Origin: Octopus bimaculoides
Lineage: Eukaryota
DNA length: 64,000 nucleotides
Direction of reading: 5' to 3'
NCBI RefSeq assembly: GCF_001194135.2
Contig: NC_068997.1
Location: 30,431,192-30,495,191 of the forward strand
Shown: one piece after another, positions 28,401 through 41,468 of the stretch
Numbering within the stretch: position 1 is the first letter of the stretch
Layout of the letters: every line of letters begins with the position of its first letter
Translations under genes and position numbers: made by a program
The notes under the pieces: model-generated
What the model was told of the DNA's origin: nothing
The model's database searches: none
What the model saw: the letters and a program-made list of their open reading frames with translations, nothing else

Positions 28401-31400
28401 CCAGGCTGGAGCATCAATGGTAACCCCCATCTGATGCGCTACATCGTAGACAGGGTAGTTAAGGAACCTGGCATGGGTGGGACCCTGATTAATTTGGATC
28501 AATCTAAAGCTTTCGATAGGATAGACCATCGATACTTGGAGGCTGTCCTCATAGCAGCCGGTTTTGGTCTCATCATCCTTGGCTGGATGGCTGCCTTGTA
28601 CAGAGGAATCCGTTTGGAAATTCGCGTGAATAGGCATCTATCAAGACCTTTCGACATTGCACGTTTGGTCTGTCAGAGATGCCCTGTCGTGTCACTTCTG
28701 TACGTATTGACTCTTGATCCACTACTTCAGAAGCTGGCGACACTGAGGGGTATTCGGCGAGAATTGGGTTGTGGAACGAGCGTGTCCACATACGCGGAAG
28801 ATGTCACCATCATAGTGTCTAGCCACGAGCACATCGAGCTGGTTGGCGAGACACTGAAATTTAACGAAGCGGTGACAGGGGCGAAAATCAACCGGGAAAG
28901 GTCAGTGGGCTTGTGGCCTAGCACCTGGAGAAGCAAGCCCATGCCGTCCGGTAGCGCGTCAGTAATGGGACGCTGGACAGACGGGCCAGTCAAATTGCTC
29001 GGAGTCTGGTTCGGTCCAGACCTCCAAATGGAGAAGAACAGGGACGAGATAATGAGTAGGGTGGTCACTCTCTCCCAGCAATGAGCCGAGAGGAAGCTGT
29101 CCTGAAAAGGTCGGGCAGAGGTGGTAAACGTGTACATCACGTCCGTCATCAACTACCACCTGATCGTTGTGCCTTGTCCCGACCTTACTATCACCAAACT
29201 GGAATGCTTCCTCTTCCACTTCTTGTGGAAAGGAAGCGTTCTGATGGTCAGGCAATCCGTTTGCTGCCAACACCCGCTGAAAGGATGGCTGGGCATGCTG
29301 TGGATAATGATGTGCAGACATGCGCTGAGACTGCAACATCTCCGGCTCTATGTAGACGACGGTGGACAGGTGTGTTCACCGTTTGTGTGACGCACTTCCC
29401 ACAGCTCGTCTCCATGACCGAGCTGCAGTCGTGGATCAAGAAGCGGCCGAGGAAGGGCGAATGGCACGGCGAGTGTCATGTTGCTCTGGAGCAACTCAGC
29501 TGTCCCGAGTCGACCTGGAGCGACTGCATAACAACCAAAGCATTATATGGGGATTAGTGGAGGGGAGGTACGACGACGATCTCGGGGTGAACCTGGGTGT
29601 TGACGAGGAATACCTGACCCACCTGCTCAAGATGACTTTCAGGCCAGGAACTATGGACAACTTCCAGAGATCCCTGGACTGGCATTGCTATTGAGAAGCA
29701 CTACCCGTTCAGGATAAGCTCTACAGACACGGCTCGAGAAACACGAGGCTGACCTGCTCGAGATGTGGTCAGAGTGACGAAACCATTCTGCACACACTCG
29801 TGCAGTGTCCAACCATTTCCGACCTGTGGGCTTATGTTGAACGACTGTTGTCACGAGTTGGACGAGTCGTTTTACTAGCCGAGTCTATCGTCAATATTGT
29901 CATGCCTCCTTCCTTCAAACGGGAAGGAAGCGCTATTTTCATAGTACTTGTGGCTATGGCGAAATAATGTAACTGGTGAACGCGTCTGAAAGGATTAGAG
30001 ACAAACATTTTCCTTGCTGGTCAATCTCTCTTCAACTTTTTCAAGTATCACTTGAAAAGGAAGGTGAGATTAGAGAGGCAAGTTTTGTCTAGCGAATGTT
30101 CCAAAAAAAGATGGGTGAATGTAGCAAGGATGGCACGTGTGAATGACGAAGTCCCCTTGAGCATGATCCTATGAACCAGAGAAAAAAACCCAGCAAAATA
30201 TTTAAAACAGAGAGTTACTTACTTGTAAAGAAATGTGTTAATATGTGATATTATTGCCTGAGGATACCATGGTCTTTCCGTAGGTTTTTCTTTCCACAGA
30301 TAAACCTCCCCATTTCTTGGAAACTTATTGTATTATTTCAACTTTTTTTGTGTATGTCCCAAACGATTTCAATCCCTTTTGATCATTGTCCCCAATTGTT
30401 TTTACTTTATTTGTCTTTGCACCCCTCATCTCGAAAAGAAAAGCTCTACATTGTATTTGTCCCCTCTATGTTCAGCTCTGTGTGGCCAATAAAGAAAGTT
30501 ATCTATCTATCTATCAATCAATCAATCATAGCCATCAGTGAGACCAGACACACAACCCACAGGCCCTCCAGTACATGTTCAGCAGACAATTCAACATTTA
30601 TTTTCCTTCCTGTCTTTTGCTCTCATGTGTTTTTCTTTCCCTGGCCGAGGTTACTGATAACAGTTTATGCACCATCCTTAACAGGTCGGCCAGATTTCTT
30701 TCGACATCTAGAAGTTTTCCTGGGAATGTCTCGACCTTTACTTTTAGTGACGAATTGGAATGCTACCTTGGAAATGCATCTAGACTACATGAGTAGAGAT
30801 AGGATAGAAGGGGATGTAAATGCCTCAAAGACCTTCTCAGCAGTTTCCAACTGTCTGACAGGTACCGACTGGACCGCTCGAATGCGCCAATTTGGACATG
30901 GAGCAACCGCATCAGTTCATCCAAACCATATTTAGACAGAGTATTCTGTAGGACAGTGGATAGGGATAATGTAGGTTGTCCACAATTTAATATAGTCAGC
31001 AACACAGGTCATAAATTTACAGATGAACAGGGGCGTAAATTATTCGAGCCCGAAAGGATGTGTAAGACACTTCAACAGCACACTGGTTGACGGTTCAGGA
31101 TTACTGGTGGGTCAGAATGCAGGATGGACTTTAGTGTCTAACTGCATGACCTGCCACAACTCTCGGCAAGAAAGGCAGAAAGTTGTGAAAGAACCATCAC
31201 GGCCGTGGACATATGGGATGCGATGTCAGGCTGCGCAGGAGACAAGTCTCCAGGCTTGGATGGTCTGCCCTATGAGCTTTATTGTCATATGCCAGACTTA
31301 GTTGGAGGAATCTTAGCAGCAGTCTACTGCATCTGGCAGCAAAACAGGGGTATCCCCAGTTTTCTGAGCCAAGGAGTGGTGGCACTGCTAAAGAAAGATC

Positions 31401-33646
31401 CAAACAAGGGGAACATCATAGATAACTTCAAGCAAATCACTCAGCTTAACGCAGATTTAAAGATTTTGGCCAAGGCGATAGCTGAGAGATTGGCGCTTGT
31501 CATCAAGAAATTGGTTGACAAAGCATAAACATGCACCGTGCCATGTAGGAGTATCCACGAGAACCTCCATCTGATGTGCTACATCATAGACTGGGTAGTT
31601 AAGGAATCTGGCATGGGTGGTGCCAATTGATCAATTTGATTGATCAATTTGATTGATCAATTTGGATCAATCGAAAGCTTTTGATAGGGTCGACCATCAT
31701 TACTTGGAGGCTGTCTTTAGAGCGGCTGGTTTCAGTTCCATATCCCGTGATTGGATTGCTGCTTTATACAGCAGCATCCGCTTGGTAGTTTGCATAAATG
31801 GTCATCTATGCAGACCATTTAACATTACGTGTTCTATCTGTCAAGGATGTCCCTCTCATCGCTTCTGTACATATTGACTCCAGAGCCACTACCACGGAAG
31901 CTGGCAATGTTGAGGAACATCCCACGAGAACTGGGATGCAGGAGGAGTATGTCTGCATACATGGACGACATCACTGTCATAATGTCGAGCCACAGGCATA
32001 TCAATCTGGTCAGTGAGACACTAAACGCATACAAAGCGGTAACGGGAGCAAAAATTAACCCAGTAAAGTCAGTGGGCTTGCAGAATGGCACCTGGAGAAA
32101 TAAGCCCACGCCATCCAGCAGCATCTCCATCGTTGGACACTGGACTGACGGACCAGTTAAATTGCTTGGGGAAGAATTGGGATAAGATAATGAGTAGGGT
32201 GGCCACTCTCACCCAGCAATGGGCAGAGAGGAAGCTATTCCTAATTGGCTGGATGGAAGTCATCTATTACTGTCTGACTGTACTCCCTTGTCCCAACCCT
32301 ACTATCACCAAACTGGAACGCATACTCTTCCGCTTTTTGTGGAAAGGAAGTGTTACGATGGTTAGGCGATCCATTTGCTGTCAGCAACTGCTAAATGGAG
32401 GAATGGGCATGCAAGGGTTGATTATGCTCAAGTATGCGGTGAGACTGCAACATATTCAGCACTTCACAGATGACTGTTAACGGGTGTGGTGGCCGTTTGT
32501 GAGACACACTTTCCTGCAGCTCGTCTCTTTGGCCAAACTACAGTCATAAATCAAACACAGACCAAGGCTAGGTGAATGGCACCGTGAGTGTTGTCTTGCT
32601 CTCAAGCAACTCTGCCGTCTGGGACCAGACTTGTGCGACTTCAATTCCGCAAAGGCGATCTATACAGGATTAGTGGAGGGGAGGTATGATGACGTTCTTG
32701 GGGATAATCTGGGTGTCAACGAGGAACACCTGACCTGCCTCTTCAGGACAACTTTCGGGCCGGGACCTATGAACAATCACCAGAGATCCTTGGCCTGGCA
32801 GTGCTATTGGGAAGCATTGCCCATTCGGGATAAGCTCAACAGGCACAGTTTGAGAAACACTGGACCGACTTGTCTGAGATACAGTCAGAGTGATCAAACC
32901 TTTCTGCACACACTGATGCAGTGCCCAACCATTCCAGACTCGTAGGCTTATGTCAAACACCTGCTGTCACATGTGCGACAAATTCGGTTATCAGCAAAGT
33001 CTATCGTGAATATTGTTCAACCACCTTCCGGGAAGGCAAGGCAGTTTTCATTGTACTGGTGGCCATGGTAAAAGAATGTGTGTCGTGGACTCGTACAAAA
33101 GGTTTAGAGACAAACACTTACTTCTCTGGCCAATCGCTCATCAACTTTTTCAAATACCACATGAAAAGGAAGGTGAGAATAGAGAGGAAGTTTTGTCTCA
33201 TGAAAGATTCAATAAAAGGTGGGTGAATGTAGCAAAGATGGTATACGTGATTGACAAAACCACTCTGAGCATGATCCTGTAAATCCCAAAAAGTGAGACA
33301 GAGAGAAAGAGAGAGCCCTTTCTTTCCCTGCCTAAGGTTACCGTGGTATGTTTCGTAGGCTGTTCTTTCCACGGATAAACTTAATCTGTCTTACATTTTC
33401 AATCCCTCCTACTTTGCTGTTTACACGTCCCAAATGCATTTGATCCCTTTGTGTTGCTAATGAAATTATGCAAGTGCCAATGATGTTTTCATTTAGCTAA
33501 TGAACACAAACTGTAACCCTTTGTTTAAACAACAGTAAAATTAATTTTTCATAAATGTTGTTTCTTTTTCCTTTTGTCAACCTTTCAAATGTGGGAGGTA
33601 TTTCTGCCACAACCTGTATATATATATATATATATACATACATACA

Positions 33647-33685
<39 letters not shown>

Positions 33686-36600
33686 TCACACACATACATG
33701 TGTATATGTTCTTAAAAAGATATGTGTGTATATGTGAGATTCTACAAGACTCAAAATTTTCTCAAAGACACTGTTTTATATAAGTGAATGAATATGATTT
33801 TAACAAAGACTGAAATCAGGATGGAGACTCACCTCAACCGAAACTTAGTTCAATTTTAATATGACTCACCTCTCAATACTGATATCAATATCCTTTGTTA
33901 AAGAAACAAATCTGTAGGAAATGAATATAATCAGTTGACTGGGTTGCAATATGTTAGTAATATTTACCTTATCATACTTTGAATAGTGAATGGTACAACA
34001 GGCTCACATGTAACAAATTGGTATTCTAACCTGGGAGAGATTTATTACTCGCATTTAACATCATAAAACCAGCTGTAAATAACAGCCTTTAAAACCCCTC
34101 AAGGCCTTCAGAAAACTGTAGAGGAGAGTTTACTTAAAATTTACTTACCAGCTGGTATACAGTTTTAATATGTGGTTCAGTTAACCATTCTTTCAAGTTA
34201 ATTTCATATTCCTGAAAAAGTTTCACAATATTAGTCATATCTTCCTCTAGTACAGATATCATAAATTTATCCAACTTGCCAATCTGAAACGAACAAAAAG
34301 CAAAATGTATTTTGAGGAGGGTTACAGGAATCATAAATACTAACCAGACTATTAAAATCCAATTTTCAATGGAGGAGGGTAAATCTCTTCCTGGTAATAA
34401 AGTGCAGAATTTACTATTGTATGTCATGTTTGCTCCTATGATTATCACATTTCTATTTCAGAAGATTAAAGACTGTACAAGAAGTGGCATATGATACAAT
34501 ATTTTGTTTTTCTTCTTATTATTATTTTTTGCTTATCTGAACATTTTCCCTTTTTCTGACTTTCACTCTATGAGGTAGGTTGAAAGTATGAGGTAGGGAT
34601 CTGTATGTAGCTAATTTATACAGGGTTGGGTGGCGGAACTGGAAGTAAAACCCTCGGGTTTGCCAAAGCCCTTGTGGCCCTTATCCCCAAGAACTGCCAC
34701 ATTTTGTTGGCAAATAGCCTTTATAGAAATATATATATATATATATATATAAGTAAATAAATGGAGTTAAACGCAGATGTTATTCAAATCCTTTTACTTT
34801 TGACATATGTTTCGAAGACAACATTGGTTTTATTCCAAAGGAATAAACGGTGTAAAATAATGTAATCTCCTCATCAGTAAAGAAAGAGAACCAATCTCAA
34901 CAACAAGAAGACATTATAACAATTATGAAGACTGCACAAATAATAAACAGAATGCTATTAAGTATTTAAAAAACCGTTAGTAGATCTGATGTCAAAGGTT
35001 GACCATAGGAAGAGAAGGGGTAAAGAAATAATAAGTAGAGAACAAAGAAAGGAGAAATATAGAGCGATATGTTGGTTGGAAAAATGTTCAAAGGCTTGGA
35101 AGTGGATTTATCTATTGAAGTAGAGTGCAAGGTGAACTAAATGCTCAAACCATACAGACTGGTATAAATCATTCATATGAGCCAAAGGTGTGTTTCTGCC
35201 AATGCCTACATTTGTAAGATCGCTCTATAAGCGTGTTAACAAGGTGATTCTTAGGGAAGAGAATATGGAAGAGTTCAAAATTACAAATGTTACAGAATCC
35301 TTTGCCCTTATCGTAAGGGAAAGAGATGGGATGAACCAATCTAAATTAAAACTCTTATTGTCTTTAAGATACCAAACCAAAGACAACAATAAGAATTTTA
35401 AGTTAGATTTAGCTGTAATTTTGTGAGTGACTGCACATTTTGTCGTCATCATCTTGAAAATAGCATATGTTGTCAATATTTGTAAACAACACATATTATG
35501 TCTCTGGTAATTTTCTTTTATCTAAATAAATGTTTATGTTAATTTAAAAGAGAAAAACAGTTTTAAATCTCTGTGCGAGATGTTGACAAATTAACTTTAA
35601 TTTCAAAGATTTATCAAAAAAATTTTATTTAGCTGTTATTTTTAGCATACATCACAACCACCTCAATGCTCAATGACAAAAATAAATGAGTAAACAAGAC
35701 TGCTGTCAACATGTGCTTCCCCGCAGACTTTTCAAAGACTGTTACTATGGCAACAGGCAAAAAAGTTCTCATGTTTCAGCTTGTTACTCTTGAAACAGGC
35801 CAAGGAGACTGAATGGAGACTGACGAACCCAATGCTCAGATACGAGCTGGAGCCAACGATCAAAAACGGACATGAACGTGTCTTTGGCTTATGATTGGCT
35901 AAAATTACCAACATTTTCAAACTTAAATTACTAATAACTCCTTATTTATTGATTTATAGCAAAATTTACTTTCATGTCATTAATTAGCCTACAAAAGTGT
36001 AGTATCCTTACACCAAATATAAAGTCAATTTGAACTGAAAATTGACGCTAGCAGCCACTGGCAACCACACAGAAAAGATCCTTAAATTTCATTAACCAAT
36101 GGGAATTAATTGATCAATATGGATCTATATTAATTTCCTTTTAGGGGTGATGAGCATGACCAGGTGATGGTATGCATACATGTGTGTGTGAATGTGCCCA
36201 CATATTTATGAATGTATGTGTATGCATGAATATGTGTGTACACATGGATGTATGTGTACATATTGGCATAGGCATATATCTCTGTGTATTTTCGAGCGAG
36301 ATCGTTGCCAGTGCCCCTGGACTGGCTTGTGCGGGTGGCACATAAAAGACACCATTTCGAGCGTGGCCGTTTTCGTGCGGGTGACACGTAAAAGCACCCA
36401 CTACACTCTCTGAGTGGTTGGCGTTAGGAAGGGCATCCAGCTGTAGAAACTCTGCCAAATCAGACTGGAGCCTGGTGTTGCCATCCGGTTTCACCAGTCC
36501 TCAGTCAAATCGTCCAACCCATGCTAGCATGGAAAGCGGACGTTAAACGATGATGATGATGATGATATGTGGGTGTATGGACATGTGTGTGTGTGTGTGT

Positions 36601-39600
36601 GTGTGTGTGTATACATATNNNNNNNNNNTAAAGAGGTGACCAGAATATTGATATCTGACATATATTCCCAGAGAGCTAACCTGAAGACAGCTGATATCTT
36701 GAGTATTGAGGCAATGGTGCACAAGTACCGGTTATGTTGGACTGGACACCTTATTAGAATGAAGGATAGTAGGATTCCTAAACAGATGCTATATGGGGAA
36801 CTTGTGAATGGAAAGAGACCCCAGCAGAAACCAAGGCTGCAATTTAAGGGCTGCGTCAAGTCTTCATTAAAGGCCTGTGTTATGCAGGAGACTGACTGGG
36901 AGAACAGTACCTGTCATCACCACAGATAGAGGAAGCAGGTTAAGGAGGTGGGAGAGGTCAACACTTTTGAGAGAGCACGTATTCAGCATGAAGAACTTAA
37001 GCATGTTGCTCAAAAGCACACTGCGTGTGTAGTGAATGGGGGAAAGCTTGGTCTGCAATGTTTGCAGTCGTATATGCTTGTCAAGAGCAGGGCTCATTAG
37101 CCACCAACATATATGAATTTTCATAATTCCTTTTCATACTTTACTAGCCAATGAAAAATGCGGACGCATGCTAACAATATTCATAACAATTAAACCTGGA
37201 AATGTAGAGGACAAGAAAAATCTCATTAAAATTAGAGCTTAAAATATTGCTGCTAAAATCAAAATTAAATGTAACTCTTAGGTACTTTTTCATATTTTTT
37301 TAAAATTCAATTAATTTCACTTTTCCTTTTTTCATTTTGATTTTATTTTTGTACTAAATGAATTAATAAAAATTTAAAAAATTTAATTTTAGCAGCAATA
37401 TTTAAGCTCCAATTTTAAAGAGATTTTTCTTGTCCTCTACTTTTCCAGGTTTAATTGTTAAGAATATTGTTGGTATGCATTCAAATTTTTCATTGGCTAG
37501 TCCAGTGATTTTTACAGATATTGCAGTAATAGTAAAATTTTAATTGAAAATGTATAAAATTATCATTTTTTGGAGTCATTTCGAATTCAAAAATTTCCAA
37601 GGAAATTCAGACAAAATTTTGATTTTTTTCATTTGACTAATTCTCATTTAGAAATTAAATTAAAAATGAATGATAATTATTGCAGCTTTGCGTTTTCTGG
37701 ACATAATGTACATACTGTAATTTCAGTACTGTAAAGAGACATAGTTACAAATGAATATATTTAAAGAATTTTTAAAATTATGAAAAGAAAATAATATAAT
37801 TTAATAAAATGACTTTATTTTAAATAAAGTAAATTAAATCAATATTGAATAGAATATAATTACAAGTAGCATTTGCCTTTTCTGAACAGTCTTACTACAG
37901 ACTTCCGTACTGCTCATAGAGACAAAGCCACAAATAATCATATTCTATTTACTATACAATTAATAAATAAATTATAAACTAAGTTATTTTTAGCATGCAA
38001 ATAATTAGCACCATGTTTGAAAATTTTAAAATAGTGAAAATTGACTGTTAAAATATTTGAATTTTTGTCATTTGCCTTTTCTGAATAGCCCTACTACATG
38101 ATCCAGTACTGCTCATAGAGACAAAATCAAAAAAATGATATTTTATTAAATAATCTTGTTATTAAAATAATTTATTTAAAAATGGACTTTAAAAGGCCAT
38201 ACTACAAAAAACTAAGCAAAAAAATTTCATTTTTTATAAAAAATAGTTTATCAATTTGTGTTGTCTTTTAAATTTTGTTGTGTGTGCGTCTAAGAAATAG
38301 TTTAGTTCAACCCTACTACCTTGCATGGCAGGCTTGTCGGGAGCCCTCCTATCTCTCCTCCAGTGACCAAATCATCACCTCTCCCCCAGGAGTCCAACAA
38401 GGTGACCCATTTGGGCCCACTTTGTTCGCACTGGGCATTGATGACATCACCAAAATGGGTGTCGAGCCAGACTTCAACATCTGGTATCTCGACGATGCTT
38501 GTTTGAGGAGACCTCTGGACAGGGTTCTGCCATTGCTAACATGATAGTTGCGGAGCTTGGTTGCCGGGGTCTCCAAGTAAACAGCTCCAAATGTGAACTA
38601 TTGATCCACAACCACCCGGTTTCTCAACATCAACCAACTATTGACCTTTTTTGCAGAGTCCTTCCCTTCCATTGCAGTCCATCCCCCATCAGCTTGGTAC
38701 TCTCTAGGTGCCCCTGTCACAAACCTTGCCTTTGAGTCTATCTTCCAGTCGAAGGTGGCTACCATTGAGCAATTACTGAAAAATATTGAAGCTATCGAAC
38801 CCTATCAAGCTTTTTTCATTCTTAGGAATTACCTCTCACTCCCTAAGCTTCTATATTTATTCAGAGTCAGCTCATCTTACTGATTCTCATTGTGCCTCCA
38901 ATGCTTTGACAATCTCATTTTTGAGAAACTCGAATGCTTAGTCAATGTCAGACTCACTCTCTCCAACGTCCCACAATCAGGTTGCATTGCCCATAGATTT
39001 AGAGGTTTTGGTCTTTGTAAGTGTTTGTCCTTCCCTCTCCCCTGCTTCCTTTCTTCCACCCATGCCTGCTCCAACCTGGCAAGCAACATCCTCTCCAACA
39101 GGAACCAGTTCCAACAGGGAATTGGATGAAGCTCTCCAACACTGGAGGGAATTGGGCATGTCTGCTCCTGAGAAGGTGGAGGACTGTTGGAGTCAGAGAG
39201 CTTTGGACAACATAATTTCGAAGGCTACTTTCAACTCCCTCTTCATCCAGTCGGACCAGTTTTCAAGGTGCTGCTTACTGTCTGCTAGCGCCACATATTC
39301 AGGTGACTGGATTGGTGCCATCTCTGTGGCTAATGTTGGTGGCCTACTCAGCTTGCACGAACTTCATGTCTCCATTGCCCTCAGAGTGGGAGCTGATGTA
39401 TGCACGGGTTTGATTTGTCATTGTGGCAGGCTCCTCAACTTCACAGGCCTCCATAGCCTTTCTTGCTGCCTGAATGCTGGTTGCTTCAGGCATCATATGG
39501 AGCTGAACCTGATACTCAAGAAGAGCTTGACCCAGAGAAATGACCCCCTCCATCTTGGAACTATCTGGATTGTCCAGATGTGGTGGTAAGAGACCTGACG

Positions 39601-41437
39601 GCCTCACCCGTGCCCCTGATCACAAGGCAGATGCCTTGTCTGGGATGTCACAGTTAGGGACTCCTTTGCTTCTTCTCACATCTTGCATGCTGCGGTCAGG
39701 GCAAGATCCACAGCTTTTGCAGCCGAGCAGAACAGAATCCTGAAATACTGTGATCTGTTTGCCAATTACATTGTCTATCCTGTGGAGTTTGAGACATATT
39801 GTGGGGTCAGACCACTTACTGCAAGATTCTTGTCTTCACTGGCAACTTGTGTTGCAGAGGTAACTGGTGAGGCTCGTGAGGGTGCTTGGCTGTTCCCGCG
39901 CATCAGCCTCGCCATCACCTGCAGCAATGCTGCAAGCACGCTGGTGTGTCTCAATAGCCATTAGAAAGGTTTCCAGTGCCTCTAACTTTTCAATCCAAGG
40001 AGGTGAATTGTTTTTTTTGTTTTTTTTTTCCTTTTTCTCTCACTTCTTTCACTCACTTTTTTTCTTTTTAATTTTTAAAATTGTGTTCTCTGTTTTGTCC
40101 AGTTTTCTAGTTTGATTTTGTAAAATGGTAAACACTGTGACGGCAATAAAAATTTTACTGTTCATACACGGAAACAAATTAGCGATACAATTGCTATATG
40201 CCAGCCAGATGTCCAATAAAAGCTTTCACTGTTTAGTTCAGATATGTGTAGTATCCCTTTAATATCATGCAAAAATTGATAAAAATTTGAGAATTAAAAT
40301 TAAATAGTTATATCGCACGTGCAGATGACCTCTACTCAACTCTCACTTCCGACAACTCGACTCTACAGAACTCGATGTCTTGTCTCGACGGCTCCTTACT
40401 CTGGCTTGCCCTTCTTCTCTACTTCACGATGCTTTTTGTCTAGCTATTTATACATATTGGACTAGTCTACTTATCGCCTGGGGGTGTCCACACAACAAAT
40501 ACCTTCTTTTTCTAATGAATAAAATTTTACGAAATCTTTACCAATATATTCCTTTAACATTTCTCTTTCATATTAACACCAATATAATAATTCTTAATCA
40601 AAATTAAAAGAATGGTGTGGATTCAAAATGTCGATGTTGGGCACTACTACCCATCAGTCAACCAGTTTGGTCTGTACATTTTTTCTCTTAACTTTTGTTC
40701 TACTTCACCAGGTTTTAAGTATTTTAAGTATAAATATAGCTTATCACAAGTCAAAAATAATTTAAAAAACGAGATTTGATTTCGATTAAAACTGAATTAG
40801 TGAGACTACTTGGAAGACACTGACTGCATCAAAAAAGCTACGTTAAGAATATTATTCAACTGTAGTAGTAGTTGAATGATAAACGAATATTTCATTCTTT
40901 TATTAACTTACCTTATATATTTAACTTTCCTCTGTCATCTCTATTTACTTTATTTATTGTTCTAATTTCATTTACCTACTTTACTTTCTCTAACCAACCT
41001 GTAAACCTGAGCATATAACAATACAAATCATAAACTGTAACATTCAGTCTGCTAAAATGAACTCATAAGTACACATAAAACACCCAAATATTGTGCGCAT
41101 GTCACATAAATGGAAGTTTAATGTTTATTGAGTATTAATTGAAACAGCTGTAAGTGAAGATGACCAATTTGGTGCTAATAATAAACAATCAACTTCCCAA
41201 TCTCCATTTTCTGTTTTTCCTTTAAATGAATATAAACTATATGGTTTTTTTTATATATACCTATTATTTTAAGGAAATTCATTCCCCCAAAATATTAGGT
41301 ATTGAACCAGTATTTCCTTGGATGAAACCATCCCTTCATGAAGTTAACACAACTTCGAATTATATATATANNNNNNNNNNNNNNNNNNNNNNNNNNNNNN
41401 NNNNNNNNNNNNNNNNNNNNNNNNNNNNNNNNNNNNN

Positions 41438-41468
<31 letters not shown>

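Noticed and set aside
40620-40670. Degenerate hammerhead-like CTGATGGGTAGTAGTGCCC on the minus strand
   Set aside because: Core is CUGAUGG and no GAAA follows
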